DNA of 64,000 nucleotides from Chloroflexota bacterium (GCA_019239775.1 JAFAZN010000363.1:197-64196), one strand, 5' to 3'; counted from the stretch's first letter, positions 18,111 to 28,189 are shown. Notes: generated by a model not told the origin, from the sequence alone. A program made the numbers and translations.

Positions 18111-19369
18111 GCGGGCGGCTGCTGGTCTTCGGCGTGAGTCATCACGCTGCGCCGCTGGAAGTGCGCGAGCGGCTCGCCATCGACGAGAGCATGTGGCGGG
18201 CTCACGCGCCGAGGCAGCCTGCGACCGTTCTCCTTTCCACCTGTAACCGCGTTGAGGTCTATGCCTGGATCGAAGGCCGCACCCAGTCGGCTCGTCGAAC
18301 CCTGCTGCGCGCGTTGAGCCGCGCCACCGACGTGGACAGCACCGAACTCGAACAGTACGGTGTGTCGCGCTCGGGTCGTGAGGCGTTGCTGCACCTGGTG
18401 CGCGTGGCTTCGGGTCTTGACTCAATGCTCGTTGGCGAAGAGCAGATCCGTGGCCAGGTCCGCGAAGCGTTGCGGCTGGCCGAGGAGTCGGAGGACCTGC
18501 CGACCTCGTTACGCGGCGTCTTTCAGCGTGCGATCGAGTCGGCACGCCGCGTGCGCGGCTCGACTCGGCTTGGTAAGGCGCCATCGATCGCCGCGGCTGG
18601 CGTTGGCGTGGCGCGTCGCGCCCTGCCGACTGATGTCAGCGGCCAGTTAGCAGTGGTGCTGGGTGCCGGCGTAATGGCGCGCGCGGCTGCCGAGGCGCTC
18701 CTCGCCGCGGGCGCGCACGTACGCGTGCTGAACCGAACGGCGGAACACGCCATGCGCGTGATGCACCAGTTGCGTGGAGCGATCGAGATCGGCACTCTCG
18801 ACGCCCTCCCCGAGGTGCTCGCCTCGGCGGCGCTTGTAGTTGGGGCGACCGCGGCCCGCTCCACCCTGGTGGACTACGCAGCCGTGGCTGCCGTGGTGCG
18901 GTCGCGCTGTGCGCCGCTCGTGCTCCTGGACATTGCCTTGCCGCGTGACGTCGACCCGAGAGTGCGCGAGCTCGGTGGTGTGTCGCTGATCGACCTGGAT
19001 GATCTCGAACGCCTGTGTCCGGTTGATGCGCAGACCCGCTCAGTGGAGCGCGAGCGGGCTGAAGAGCTGGCGTGCCAGGAGGCGCAGCGCCTGGCCGATT
19101 GGCTGCGCACACGGGCGCAAGCGCCCGCGATCGCTGAGCTCCGTACGTATGCGGAGGCTGTTCGCCTGAGCGAGCTGCGGCGATCCGCGACGCGCCTGCG
19201 CGACCTTACGCCGGAGCAGATTGCCGCGGTCGAAGCTCTAACCACCAGCATCGTCAACAAGCTGATGCACGGCCCAACCGTGGCGCTGCGCGATGCCAGC
19301 GTCGAGCGCTCGCGCGCGCACATTCTGCGGGTGTTGCGCCCGCGCACCTCACGTGGAAGGAGCGCTTGA
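18107..19369 (+). CDS. hemA: Glutamyl-tRNA reductase
   Basis: STCNRVE, SGLDSMLVGEEQI, GAGVM, DIALPRD; start ATG 18107 (ATGA overlap). Confidence 0.95.
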   Translation: MSGRLLVFGVSHHAAPLEVRERLAIDESMWRAHAPRQPATVLLSTCNRVEVYAWIEGRTQSARRTLLRALSRATDVDSTELEQYGVSRSGREALLHLVRVASGLDSMLVGEEQIRGQVREALRLAEESEDLPTSLRGVFQRAIESARRVRGSTRLGKAPSIAAAGVGVARRALPTDVSGQLAVVLGAGVMARAAAEALLAAGAHVRVLNRTAEHAMRVMHQLRGAIEIGTLDALPEVLASAALVVGATAARSTLVDYAAVAAVVRSRCAPLVLLDIALPRDVDPRVRELGGVSLIDLDDLERLCPVDAQTRSVERERAEELACQEAQRLADWLRTRAQAPAIAELRTYAEAVRLSELRRSATRLRDLTPEQIAAVEALTTSIVNKLMHGPTVALRDASVERSRAHILRVLRPRTSRGRSA

Positions 19370-19375
19370 CGAATC

Positions 19376-20443
19376 GTGGAACACACGACGCGTGCCCAGT
19401 TCCCACAGGCGCGACCGCGTCGACTGCGCCGTACCGAAAACCTTCGACGCATGGTGCGCGAGACGCATCTCCGCACGGACGGGTTCATCTACCCGGTCTT
19501 TGTCGTGCCTGGCACCGACGTGCACGAAGAGATCACCTCGATGCCTGGCGTGTACCACCAGTCAATCGACCGTGTAGTCGAGGATGCGCGCGAGGTTGCT
19601 GACCTCGGAATACCGGCGATGCTGCTGTTCGGCCTGCCGCCGTTCAAGGACGCCGAGGCTTCCCAGGCGATGGCTGTCGATGGCATCGTGCAGCAGGCTT
19701 TACGCGCCATCAAGCGTGCCGCACCGTCGCTGGTACTGATTGCCGATACCTGTTTGTGCGAGTACACGAGCCATGGTCACTGCGGCGTGCTCGGCGCGGC
19801 GGGTCAAGAGGGCTTCATCGACAACGATCTCTCGCTCGAGCTGATGAGCCGCACGGCGGTGTCGCAGGCCGAAGCTGGCGCCGATATCGTGGCGCCCTCC
19901 GACATGCTGGATGGTCGAGTTGGCGCCATTCGCGCCGCGCTGGATGCGCGCGGCCTGCACGACACCCTCATCATGTCGTACGCGGCCAAGTACGCCAGCG
20001 CGTTTTACGGTCCGTTCCGCGACGCAGCCGACTCAGCGCCGCAGTTTGGCGATCGCCGCGGCTATCAGATGGATCCGCCCAACGGCCGCGAGGCCGTGCG
20101 CGAGGTTGGCTACGACCTGGCCGAAGGTGCAGACATCGTGATGGTCAAACCAGCACTGCCATACCTCGACGTGGTGCACGCCGTGAAAACGGCGTACCCG
20201 GATGTGCCGCTGGCGGCCTACAACGTTAGCGGCGAGTACTCGATGCTCAAGGCAGCCGTTGCGAATGGCTGGCTGGATGAGCGGCGCGCCGTGATGGAAG
20301 CGCTTACCGGAATTGTGCGCGCTGGCGCGGACATGATCATCACGTATTACGCCAAGGACGTGGCCCGCTGGCTGCGCGACGACGACACGTCACACACCGC
20401 CACATCGAACGGCGCCTTTCGCGTCGGGCCATCTCACGCGTGA
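19376..20443 (+). CDS. hemB: Porphobilinogen synthase
   Basis: [33 protein letters not shown]. Confidence 0.97.
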   Translation: MEHTTRAQFPQARPRRLRRTENLRRMVRETHLRTDGFIYPVFVVPGTDVHEEITSMPGVYHQSIDRVVEDAREVADLGIPAMLLFGLPPFKDAEASQAMAVDGIVQQALRAIKRAAPSLVLIADTCLCEYTSHGHCGVLGAAGQEGFIDNDLSLELMSRTAVSQAEAGADIVAPSDMLDGRVGAIRAALDARGLHDTLIMSYAAKYASAFYGPFRDAADSAPQFGDRRGYQMDPPNGREAVREVGYDLAEGADIVMVKPALPYLDVVHAVKTAYPDVPLAAYNVSGEYSMLKAAVANGWLDERRAVMEALTGIVRAGADMIITYYAKDVARWLRDDDTSHTATSNGAFRVGPSHA

Positions 20444-21780
20444 GCGTGCCGCGTGAGGGACTCGCCGCACGAACACAGAGGTCCGAGGCGCTCTTCGCCG
20501 AGGCGCAAAAGCACCTGCCGGGTGGCGTCGACTCCCCGGTAAGGGCTTTCCGCGGCGTGGGCGGCACGCCGCGCTTCATCGCCCGCGCCAAAGGCTCAGC
20601 GGTCTGGGATGAAGACGGCAATCATTATGTCGACTACCTGGCTTCGTGGGGCCCGCTGATCGCGGGCCATGCCCACCCGGGCGTGGTGGCCGCCATTCAG
20701 GAGGCCGCCACCCGCGGCACAAGCTATGGCGCGCCCACCCAGGCCGAGGTCGAGCTGGCGCAACTGGTCAAGCAAGCATTTCCGAGCATCGAGCTCGTAC
20801 GGTTCGTCAGCTCGGGCACCGAAGCGACGATGACCGCACTGCGCCTGGCGCGCGCGTTTACCGGGCGCGACCTCATCCTCAAGTTTGACGGGGGCTATCA
20901 CGGCCATGCCGATGGCCTGCTGGTACAGGCTGGCTCAGGGCCGCTGACATTGGGTGCGCCTGATTCGCCGGGTGTGCCCGCGGTGGCCGCGGCTCAAACG
21001 CTGTCGGTGCCCTACAACGACGTGGTTGCGGCGCGCGATGCATTGGCCGCGCACCCGCGACAAGTCGCGGCGGTGATCGTCGAGCCGGTGGCGGGCAACA
21101 TGGGGGTGATCCCGCCTGCGCCCGGGTTCCTCGAACACCTGCGCGAGCTCACGCGGGCGGATGGCGCGCTGTTGATCTTCGACGAGGTCATCACCGGCTT
21201 CCGCGTCGCGCTGGGCGGCGCGCAAGAACGTTTTCGCATCCGGCCCGATCTGACGTGCCTCGGCAAAATCGTTGGTGGCGGCTTGCCCGTAGGTGCCTAC
21301 GGCGGACGCGCCGACATCATGCAGCAGATCTCGCCGCTCGGGCCCGTGTACCAGGCAGGCACTCTCTCAGGCAACCCGCTCGCCATGGCAGCAGGCCTTG
21401 CCACACTACGACTGCTGACAGAGCCTGGCGTCTACGACCATCTCGAACGGCTCAGCGCTCGCCTGACGGATGGACTCGGCAACGCCGCGCTCAGTGCTGG
21501 AGTCGCATACACCACCAATCGTGTGGGCTCGATGTTCACGGGCTTCTTCTGCCCCGAACCTGTCACTGACTACGCTTCGGCCAAAGCGGCCGATACCCGA
21601 AGATATGCGCGCTTCTTCCACGCGATGCTGGAGCACGGCGTCTACCTGGCGCCCTCGCAGTTCGAAGCGGGGTTCGTGTCGCTGGCGCACACCGAGGCCG
21701 ATATCGATGCCACACTCGCCGCTGCCGCTGAGGCCTTTGGCGAAGTTACGAGTCGCGAGTCCCGCGTCGCGGGCGAGTAG
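20440..21780 (+). CDS. hemL: Glutamate-1-semialdehyde 2,1-aminomutase
   Basis: [47 protein letters not shown]. Confidence 0.97.
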   Translation: MSVPREGLAARTQRSEALFAEAQKHLPGGVDSPVRAFRGVGGTPRFIARAKGSAVWDEDGNHYVDYLASWGPLIAGHAHPGVVAAIQEAATRGTSYGAPTQAEVELAQLVKQAFPSIELVRFVSSGTEATMTALRLARAFTGRDLILKFDGGYHGHADGLLVQAGSGPLTLGAPDSPGVPAVAAAQTLSVPYNDVVAARDALAAHPRQVAAVIVEPVAGNMGVIPPAPGFLEHLRELTRADGALLIFDEVITGFRVALGGAQERFRIRPDLTCLGKIVGGGLPVGAYGGRADIMQQISPLGPVYQAGTLSGNPLAMAAGLATLRLLTEPGVYDHLERLSARLTDGLGNAALSAGVAYTTNRVGSMFTGFFCPEPVTDYASAKAADTRRYARFFHAMLEHGVYLAPSQFEAGFVSLAHTEADIDATLAAAAEAFGEVTSRESRVAGE

Positions 21781-21851
21781 CTTCCGTCGTGCTGCAAAGA
21801 AAAGTTCGCCACCGTTCGACGGAGTCCGGTTAAACTCGTGACTCGAGAAAC

Positions 21852-22349
21852 GTGACTACAGAAGCCCCTGTAACGGTCTACACGACCCCCACTTGACCCT
21901 GGTGCTCGCGAGCGAAGGAGTTCCTTCGCAAAGAGGGCGTTCCGTTCGAGGTACGCGATGTGTCGGTCGACGCCGATGCGGCGCGCGATATGGTGCAGCG
22001 CACTCGCCAGATGGGCGTGCCGGTCATTGCCGATGAGCAGGAAGCCATCGTTGGCTTCGACATGCCAAGGCTACAGCGCATGGCCGCGCGGCATCGACGC
22101 GGCGGTGGTCTTGGGCTGAAAGTCACCGATTTCAAGGACGGGCCTGGCGCGTATGTTGGCGGCGTGCGCGAGGACTCGCCTGGTGCGCGCGCGGGCGTCG
22201 AAGTTGGCGACGTGATCCTGGAGCTTTCAGGTCGAGCCGTCTCGGGCGTCGCGGATCTGGAGCAGATCGCGGCAAGACGGCCGCCAGGCCAGCCCACGAG
22301 CATGACCGTCCAGCGCAACGGCGAGACGCGCACGCTGATTCTGCGCTAG
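21852..22349 (+). CDS. Glutaredoxin-like selenoprotein (UxxC) fused to a PDZ domain
   Basis: GTG 21852 gives MTTEAPVTVYTTPT-U(TGA 21894-21896)-PWCSRAKEFL..., in frame with track ORF 21960..22349 (GVPVI...IVGFD, then PDZ GLGL...SPGARAG..GDVI). Confidence 0.85.
21897..21937 (+). promoter_or_regulatory. Bacterial SECIS-like hairpin
   Basis: GCGAAGG-AGTT-CCTTCGC (21912-21929); loop starts 22 nt after the UGA and has G at loop position 2; possible lower CCCT/AGGG stem. Confidence 0.7.
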
Positions 22350-22575
22350 CCCGCCCCGCGCCGCGCACCACGGTTCGTGCTCGACCGTGTAGTGCGCGGT
22401 AGCTTCGCCTGCACCGGCTGCGCTTCGCGCGCCCACGGACCTTCGGAGAGTTTGAGACCGTTGTGGGCCACCACCATGGGGCGTGGACGTGTCGAGGGCT
22501 TCGACCCTGTCGGTGTTGCCACCAGGGCGCGAATGCTGGTCCCCAACGGTTCACCCGCGGGCGAGCCGCGCCGGC
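22343..22575 (-). ncRNA. Candidate structured non-coding RNA, family not recognised
   Basis: Terminal closing stem, nested helices, a GCAA tetraloop, G-U pairs that favour the minus strand, and an upstream -10 TACCTT (22582-22587). Confidence 0.55.
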
Positions 22576-22642
22576 GAGGTGAAGGTAAAGAGCGCGACTC
22601 GCATGTCGGTACAAATCTCGCCGGGAGGCGAAAAGTTGGCTC

Positions 22643-22671
22643 TTGCACAACCTTTCGTGCAGGTGTATATT
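22643..22671 (+). promoter_or_regulatory. Sigma70-type promoter of the marR-efflux operon
   Basis: TTGCAC-17 nt-TATATT, with a TGCAC...GTGCA inverted repeat over the -35 box and spacer. Confidence 0.6.
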
Positions 22672-22708
22672 TCGCTTCAACCAAACTATTTACGCTGCCC
22701 GAAGGACC

Positions 22709-23182
22709 ATGGACGAAGAACGCATCCAACGCATACATCGCATCCTCTCCTGCTCCGAGGCGCTCGTGCATGGCTTCAATCCCAGTCGCGATCGCGCCTG
22801 GCTGCGGCTGGATCTCACCATGCCGCAGCTCAAAGCACTGATTTACGTCACCAAGAACCAGAACTCGACGAGCGGCCAGATCGCCGCGAGCCTGGGTGTT
22901 GGCCTCTCCACCATTACCGGCATCGTTGATCGGCTGGCCGAACAAAGCCTGGTCACTCGCCGCGAGGATCCGCGCGATCGACGCGTCACGCGCGTGCTGC
23001 CGACTCCGACTGGCGCCGAGCTGGTCGACGAGCTGATCCAGTACCGCAACGAGGTGGTGACCGCGATCCTGTCGCAGCTCGACCCCGACCAACTGCAAGT
23101 GGTGGAGTCCGCCTTTCAGTATCTCCTCGACGCCGCCGCCAAGCTCGACCGCGAGCGCAATCACGCAGGAGCCGTGGCATGA
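22709..23182 (+). CDS. MarR family transcriptional regulator
   Basis: LTMPQL, STITGIVDRL, EDPRDRR; SD GAAGGA before ATG 22709. Confidence 0.92.
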   Translation: MDEERIQRIHRILSCSEALVHGFNPSRDRAWLRLDLTMPQLKALIYVTKNQNSTSGQIAASLGVGLSTITGIVDRLAEQSLVTRREDPRDRRVTRVLPTPTGAELVDELIQYRNEVVTAILSQLDPDQLQVVESAFQYLLDAAAKLDRERNHAGAVA

Positions 23183-25605
23183 CTCATCTCAAACTCATCG
23201 GTGCAACCACAGCTGTGCTCATTTTCGTAGCTGGCTGCGGCCCTATCGCCGTGCCCGGCAGCTCCAGTGGGTCGCAGGCGCAGGCCATCAGCGTGCCGGC
23301 CGCGACGGCGCAGCATGGGGACATTCAGCAAACCCTGACCTATAGCGGTGACGTCCGCGCCAAGGACCAGATCACCGTGTTGCCGAAGGCATCGGGTCGC
23401 GTACAACAGGTGCTCGTCGACATCGGCTCTTCCGTGCACGCGGGCGACGTGGTAGCGGAGCTGGAGCAAGACTCGCCCGAAATCGCCGTCCTGCAGGCAC
23501 GCGCCAATCTGGCCGCGGCGCAGGCAAAGTTGGCAACCATCCAGGCTGGCGCCAAGCCAGACGACGTGGCCGCCGCACAAGAGGCCGTGGCGCAACAGCA
23601 GGCGCGCCTCGACTCAATGTTGGCCGGTGGGCGCCAGGAAGACGTTGCCGCCGCCCAGGCCGCCGTGGCCGCGCAATCCGCCAAGCTGAACTTAATGCTC
23701 AGCGGTGGTCGCGCCGAAACGGTCGCGCAGGCTCAAGCGGCCGTCGACGCGGCACAGCAGAAGCTCGCGTTGCTTCAAAAAGGTGCGACTGACGATGTGC
23801 GCCAGGCAGCCGCCAGCGCGGTGAGTGCCGACATGGCCCAGGTCACCGCGACGGAAGCCTCGTATGCCGCGTTGGGCGGTACCTCAGCAGCAGACCTGGA
23901 GCAACTACAAGCCCAGGTTGATGCGCTCCAGGCCCAGGTGAACGCCGGGCAAACGGCGGTGAGCTCAGCCGATGCGGCTCTCCAAAACCAGGTCGGCTCC
24001 AGTGCGGCTGACGTGCAGGCGGCGCAAACAGCGTACGACCAGGCCCAGGCGCAGCTCACGGCTGCTCAGGCGGCGTTGAACCAGGCTCAGAATCCGACGC
24101 AACTCTCAATCGCCCAGGCGCAAGCAGCCCTCACGGCTGCGCAAGCGCAGGAGGCCGGCGCCGAATCGAACCAGACGGCGCTGGAGCAGAAGGCCGCGGG
24201 TTTGTGCGCGCCCTTGATCAGTCCAATCACCGGTCAGGCGTACCAGCAGCCGAACAGTACCGCGTGCGGTGTGGCCAAGAGTGCGGCTGATGAAGCGGTG
24301 CAGGCTGGCAATGCCGCAATCGACGCCGCCCAGGGCCAGCTCGACCAGCTTCGCCGCGGCGGTGCCCCGGCCACGCTGGCGGCAACCCAGGCGCAGGCCA
24401 CCAGCGCTCAGGCACTGGTCAAAGCCACCAAGGCGCGGCTCGATGCGCTCACCAACGGTGGTGTGCAGGCACAGCGTGCGCAGCTTCAGGCCGCGCACGA
24501 TCAGGCCGTCAGCCAACTCACCCAGGCACAGGACAATTTGAGTGTCGCGCAGGCACGCGTGCAGGCCGCGCAAAACGGCACGCTCGATGCTCAGCGCAAA
24601 GCCGCGCAGGCACAGGTCGACGCCTCCCGTGAGAAGTTGAAGGCGGACCAGGCGCACCTGGACCAGATCTCAGCCGGCCCCCAGGACGAGGACGTGCAGG
24701 CGGCCCAGGACGCGGTCACCCAGGCGCAGCAACAGCTGGCGCTCGCAACACAACCTGCCACGACGCAGGACATCGAGGCGCAGCGCGCTCTCGTCAACCA
24801 GGCACAGGAGCAGCTGCAGAAGGCGCAGCAGCCCTACACCGACTACGACATCCAGCAGCAACAACACATGGTCGCGCAGGCTGAAGCGCAGCTGCGCGGC
24901 CGCCAGAATCCGTATACCGACCAGGACGTTCAAGCGGCGCAGGCCGGTGTCGATCAGGCGCAGGCTGCGCTCGAGCTTGCACAGCTGGGCGTGCGCGAGA
25001 CGCAGGTCGTCGCACCAGTAGACGGCATCGTGTTCGATCGGCAGGTTTCGCCGGGCGCACTCGTTGGACCGACCTCGCCGATCATCACCTTGATCCCACC
25101 AGCCCTCGAAGTCGCAATCAACGTCGACGAGGCGCAGCTGGGCAACGTGACGCAGGGGCAGCAGGTGTCGCTGCAGGTACCGGCCTATCCGGATCAGACC
25201 TTCAACGGCACCGTCACGGCGGTTGCCCCCGGCATCGATCAGAAAACGCGCACCGCAAGCGTGCGCATCCAACCGCAAGACGATGCGGGTAAGCTGAAGC
25301 CGGGCATGCTGGCCCAGGTCAACATCATCACCGCGACGCGCAGTGATGTGCTGCTGGTGCCGCGTGAAGCAATCGTCGGCACGCCCAGCACCAACGCACC
25401 GGCCACACTGGTCACGCTGGATGGTGGGCATGCCGCGCGAGTAACAGTTCAGCTCGGGCTGATTGGCGACCGAACGGTCCAGGTCAGCAGCGGTCTGAAT
25501 GACGGCCAGGTGGTGGCCGTTGGCAATGCAAACGGGTTGAACACAGGTGACGCGGTCGTCCCGCAGCTGCGGCCGACGCTCGCCTCGACGGTGGGAGTCC
25601 AGTAA
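23179..25605 (+). CDS. Efflux adaptor (MFP/HlyD) lipoprotein with very long coiled-coil
   Basis: Lipobox VAGC; lipoyl half-motifs (SGRV..V..G..V..GD and VAPVDG); about 500 aa of Ala/Gln heptads; LKPGM beta-barrel; membrane-proximal domain. Confidence 0.88.
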   Translation: MTHLKLIGATTAVLIFVAGCGPIAVPGSSSGSQAQAISVPAATAQHGDIQQTLTYSGDVRAKDQITVLPKASGRVQQVLVDIGSSVHAGDVVAELEQDSPEIAVLQARANLAAAQAKLATIQAGAKPDDVAAAQEAVAQQQARLDSMLAGGRQEDVAAAQAAVAAQSAKLNLMLSGGRAETVAQAQAAVDAAQQKLALLQKGATDDVRQAAASAVSADMAQVTATEASYAALGGTSAADLEQLQAQVDALQAQVNAGQTAVSSADAALQNQVGSSAADVQAAQTAYDQAQAQLTAAQAALNQAQNPTQLSIAQAQAALTAAQAQEAGAESNQTALEQKAAGLCAPLISPITGQAYQQPNSTACGVAKSAADEAVQAGNAAIDAAQGQLDQLRRGGAPATLAATQAQATSAQALVKATKARLDALTNGGVQAQRAQLQAAHDQAVSQLTQAQDNLSVAQARVQAAQNGTLDAQRKAAQAQVDASREKLKADQAHLDQISAGPQDEDVQAAQDAVTQAQQQLALATQPATTQDIEAQRALVNQAQEQLQKAQQPYTDYDIQQQQHMVAQAEAQLRGRQNPYTDQDVQAAQAGVDQAQAALELAQLGVRETQVVAPVDGIVFDRQVSPGALVGPTSPIITLIPPALEVAINVDEAQLGNVTQGQQVSLQVPAYPDQTFNGTVTAVAPGIDQKTRTASVRIQPQDDAGKLKPGMLAQVNIITATRSDVLLVPREAIVGTPSTNAPATLVTLDGGHAARVTVQLGLIGDRTVQVSSGLNDGQVVAVGNANGLNTGDAVVPQLRPTLASTVGVQ

Positions 25606-26481
25606 ATGAGCGTGCAAGTACAGGGGCCGCAGCAGCGGCCCGTTGCTGAACCAAATCTTGACGGTCATGGCCGTCCGGCCAGCATCGAAACCGATGCGCC
25701 AGTCGCGCCGAGCCGTCCAACTGGACCAGGGCCCGCACCCGCGGCCGCGGCCGTCGAGGTGCCGCCGCCCACGCCGCGGCGACGACCTGCGTTCCTCAGT
25801 CGGCGGGTACTGCTGCCTGTTCTGGCCCTCATCGTAATTGTCGTCGGCCTGTTCGGCTTCAACGCCTGGCGTGACAGCGCGCTCTACGTCTCGACTGACA
25901 ATGCTCAACTCAGCGGCCAGCCAGTTCAGGTTGGCGCGATGAACGCTGGGAAGGTTGACGCGATCATGCCTGGCATTGGCGCGGCCGTGCACAAGGGCGA
26001 TGTGATCGCTCAAGTGGCGCTGCCGTCCCAGGTCGGCGTCGGCCAGGGCGGTCAGCCCAAGATGGGCTTCCTTGGCGCAGGCGATACCCACGTCGACGTG
26101 ACGGCGCCGGTCGACGGCATCGTCATCGCCGAGCCAGTGGCTGTCGGTGCGACGGTTGCCGCTGGGCAGCCGATCGTGTCGGTCGTCGATCCTTCAGCGC
26201 TCTATGTGAACGCGAATATCGAAGAGACCAACATCGCCCGCGTTCGGGTCGGCCAACCAGTCACGGTCCATGTCGATGCCCTCGGAGCGGACATTCCCGG
26301 CAAAGTCGAAGCCGTGACCCCTGCGACGGCAGGCACGTTTTCGATCCTACCGAGCTCGAATACCTCGGGCAACTTCACCAAGGTCACCCAGTTGGTCCCC
26401 GTACGTATCTCTGTGAACCTGGGGAATCAACCCATGCTCGTGGGCGCCAACGTGGAAGTGAAAATCCGTGTTGGTGACTAG
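25606..26481 (+). CDS. EmrA/HlyD-like adaptor lacking the alpha-hairpin
   Basis: N-terminal TM, STDNAQ and SGNFTKVTQLVPVRI EmrA motifs. Confidence 0.88.
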   Translation: MSVQVQGPQQRPVAEPNLDGHGRPASIETDAPVAPSRPTGPGPAPAAAAVEVPPPTPRRRPAFLSRRVLLPVLALIVIVVGLFGFNAWRDSALYVSTDNAQLSGQPVQVGAMNAGKVDAIMPGIGAAVHKGDVIAQVALPSQVGVGQGGQPKMGFLGAGDTHVDVTAPVDGIVIAEPVAVGATVAAGQPIVSVVDPSALYVNANIEETNIARVRVGQPVTVHVDALGADIPGKVEAVTPATAGTFSILPSSNTSGNFTKVTQLVPVRISVNLGNQPMLVGANVEVKIRVGD

Positions 26482-26494
26482 GACCTGAAGCCCG

Positions 26495-28099
26495 ATGGCT
26501 GCTGCCAATCCGCCGATGGGCGCGGTCGCCCTGCCAGCGCTGCCGCGCTTCGGACTGCTTCGCGGCCTCGACTACCAGTGGCAGGTGCTCATCTGCGCCG
26601 TGGTCGGCACCTTCATGGTGATGCTCGACCAGACGGTGGTGAATATCGCGCTGCCCAAGATCACGACCGTCTTTGGCGTCGGTGTGCACGAGACGCAGCT
26701 GGTCGTCACCAGCTACATGCTGGCGCTGGCAGTGATCATGCCTGCGACCGGGTACCTGAGCGACACCTTCGGCACCAAGCGGCTGTACTTGATCACGATG
26801 GCCCTGTTCACAGGCGGAAGCCTGCTGTGCGGGCTGGCCTGGAACAACACCAGTCTGGTCGCGTTTCGCGTGATTCAGGGCCTGGGTGGCGGCATGATGT
26901 CGCCGCTGGGCATGACCATGCTGTTCCAGGTGGTCCCACCGCAGCGGCGGAACACGTTCATGGGCTTCTTTGGCCTACCGCTGATGCTCGCTCCGGTGCT
27001 TGGCCCAACATTGGGTGGCTACCTGGTCGAGTACATCGACTGGCGCGTGATCTTCACCTTGAACGTACCGGTGGGCGTGCTGGGCCTGTTCCTCGGCCTC
27101 ACGCTGCTGCGCGAGACTGAGCATGTTCCCGGACTGAAGTTCGACCTTCGCGGGTTCATGCTCTCGGCGGTTGGCTTCAGCGCGCTCCTACTCGGGTTCA
27201 CCGATGCTGCGACTGATGGATGGACCGCTCCTGGCATCCTGGTGCGCTTCGGCATCGGCATCGTGGCGCTGGGCCTATGGGTCTGGGTTGAACTCACCGA
27301 TGAGCACCCGCTGCTCGAGCTGCGGCTGTTCAAGATTCCGATCTTCACGTTCTCTGCCCTTGTGACGTTCGTGCTGACGGTGGGCATGTTCGGAGCCATG
27401 CTCGTGCTGCCGCTGTTCCTGCAGAATCTGCGCGGGCTTGGCGCGGCTGAGTCAGGCCTGATCCTGGTAAGTCAGGTGCTGCCGATGACCGTGGCGATGC
27501 CGCTGGTTGGGCGTCTGGTGGACAAGGTTGGCGCGCGCGCCGTGATTTTGACCGGCTTGCCGCTGCTCGCGATCACCACGTGGCAGTTTGGGCTGTTGGA
27601 CATGAACACGTCAGACATGACGATTCGTCTGTGGCTCGCCGCGCGTGGCTGCGCGATGGGGCTCGTGATGATGCCGTCGATGACGGCGGGGCTGAATGCG
27701 GTGCCGCTGCCGTTGATGAGTCGAGCATCGTCGATGAGCAACGTGATGCGGCAGGTCTTTGGCGCCTTCGGCACCGCGATCATCGTGACGGTGCTGCAGG
27801 TGCGCCAGACGTTCCACTCGGCGATCCTGGCGCAGACGGTCACCCCAGACAACCTGCCGCTGCAACAACTGATGAACTCAGCGCAGCAGTGGGGCGTGGC
27901 TCAGGGCCTCGATTCGGCCCAGTCCTCGGCAATGGGCGTGATGATGGCAGCGAAACAGGTGGCCCTGAGCGCCGCCGTCATGGGCTTCGACGACGTCTTC
28001 CGCCTGACCGCGGTCATCACCCTGCTGGCCGTGATCCCGGCTGTCTTCATGAAGACGACCCGCACCCCAAGCCGAGGCCCAACCATCATCGCCGACTGA
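26495..28099 (+). CDS. DHA2 (EmrB/QacA) MFS efflux pump
   Basis: MLDQTVVNIALP, FRVIQGLGGG, GPTLGG, WRVIFTLNVP. Confidence 0.93.
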   Translation: MAAANPPMGAVALPALPRFGLLRGLDYQWQVLICAVVGTFMVMLDQTVVNIALPKITTVFGVGVHETQLVVTSYMLALAVIMPATGYLSDTFGTKRLYLITMALFTGGSLLCGLAWNNTSLVAFRVIQGLGGGMMSPLGMTMLFQVVPPQRRNTFMGFFGLPLMLAPVLGPTLGGYLVEYIDWRVIFTLNVPVGVLGLFLGLTLLRETEHVPGLKFDLRGFMLSAVGFSALLLGFTDAATDGWTAPGILVRFGIGIVALGLWVWVELTDEHPLLELRLFKIPIFTFSALVTFVLTVGMFGAMLVLPLFLQNLRGLGAAESGLILVSQVLPMTVAMPLVGRLVDKVGARAVILTGLPLLAITTWQFGLLDMNTSDMTIRLWLAARGCAMGLVMMPSMTAGLNAVPLPLMSRASSMSNVMRQVFGAFGTAIIVTVLQVRQTFHSAILAQTVTPDNLPLQQLMNSAQQWGVAQGLDSAQSSAMGVMMAAKQVALSAAVMGFDDVFRLTAVITLLAVIPAVFMKTTRTPSRGPTIIAD

Positions 28100-28102
28100 A
28101 GG

Positions 28103-28175
28103 CGACCCCCGTGGGATTCGAACCCGCAACCTCTACCTCCGGAGGGTAGCGCTCTGTCCGTTGAGCTAGAGGGTC
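28103..28175 (-). tRNA. tRNA-Arg(CCG)
   Basis: Cloverleaf GACCCTC...GGGGGTC; anticodon arm CTACC-CTCCGGA-GGTAG; TTCGAAT T-loop; full CCA not encoded; TAGAAT -10 overlaps the pgsA stop. Confidence 0.95.
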
Positions 28176-28189
28176 GTGCGGGTGAGATT

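Noticed and set aside
22343-22575. Assignment of the structured region to tmRNA, RNase P RNA, SRP RNA or a known riboswitch
   Set aside because: No tRNA-like ends, no GAGGAAAGUCC, no SRP helix-8 motif, and no downstream gene on the same strand for a riboswitch to control.
23500-24990. Repetitive DNA suggesting a CRISPR or tandem array
   Set aside because: The repeats are degenerate Ala/Gln coiled-coil codons within a CDS; no identical repeat-spacer units and no cas genes.
24670-26091. 473-aa minus-strand ORF (likewise 38555-39763 and 56073-57263)
   Set aside because: Antisense to well-supported genes and explained by codon bias.
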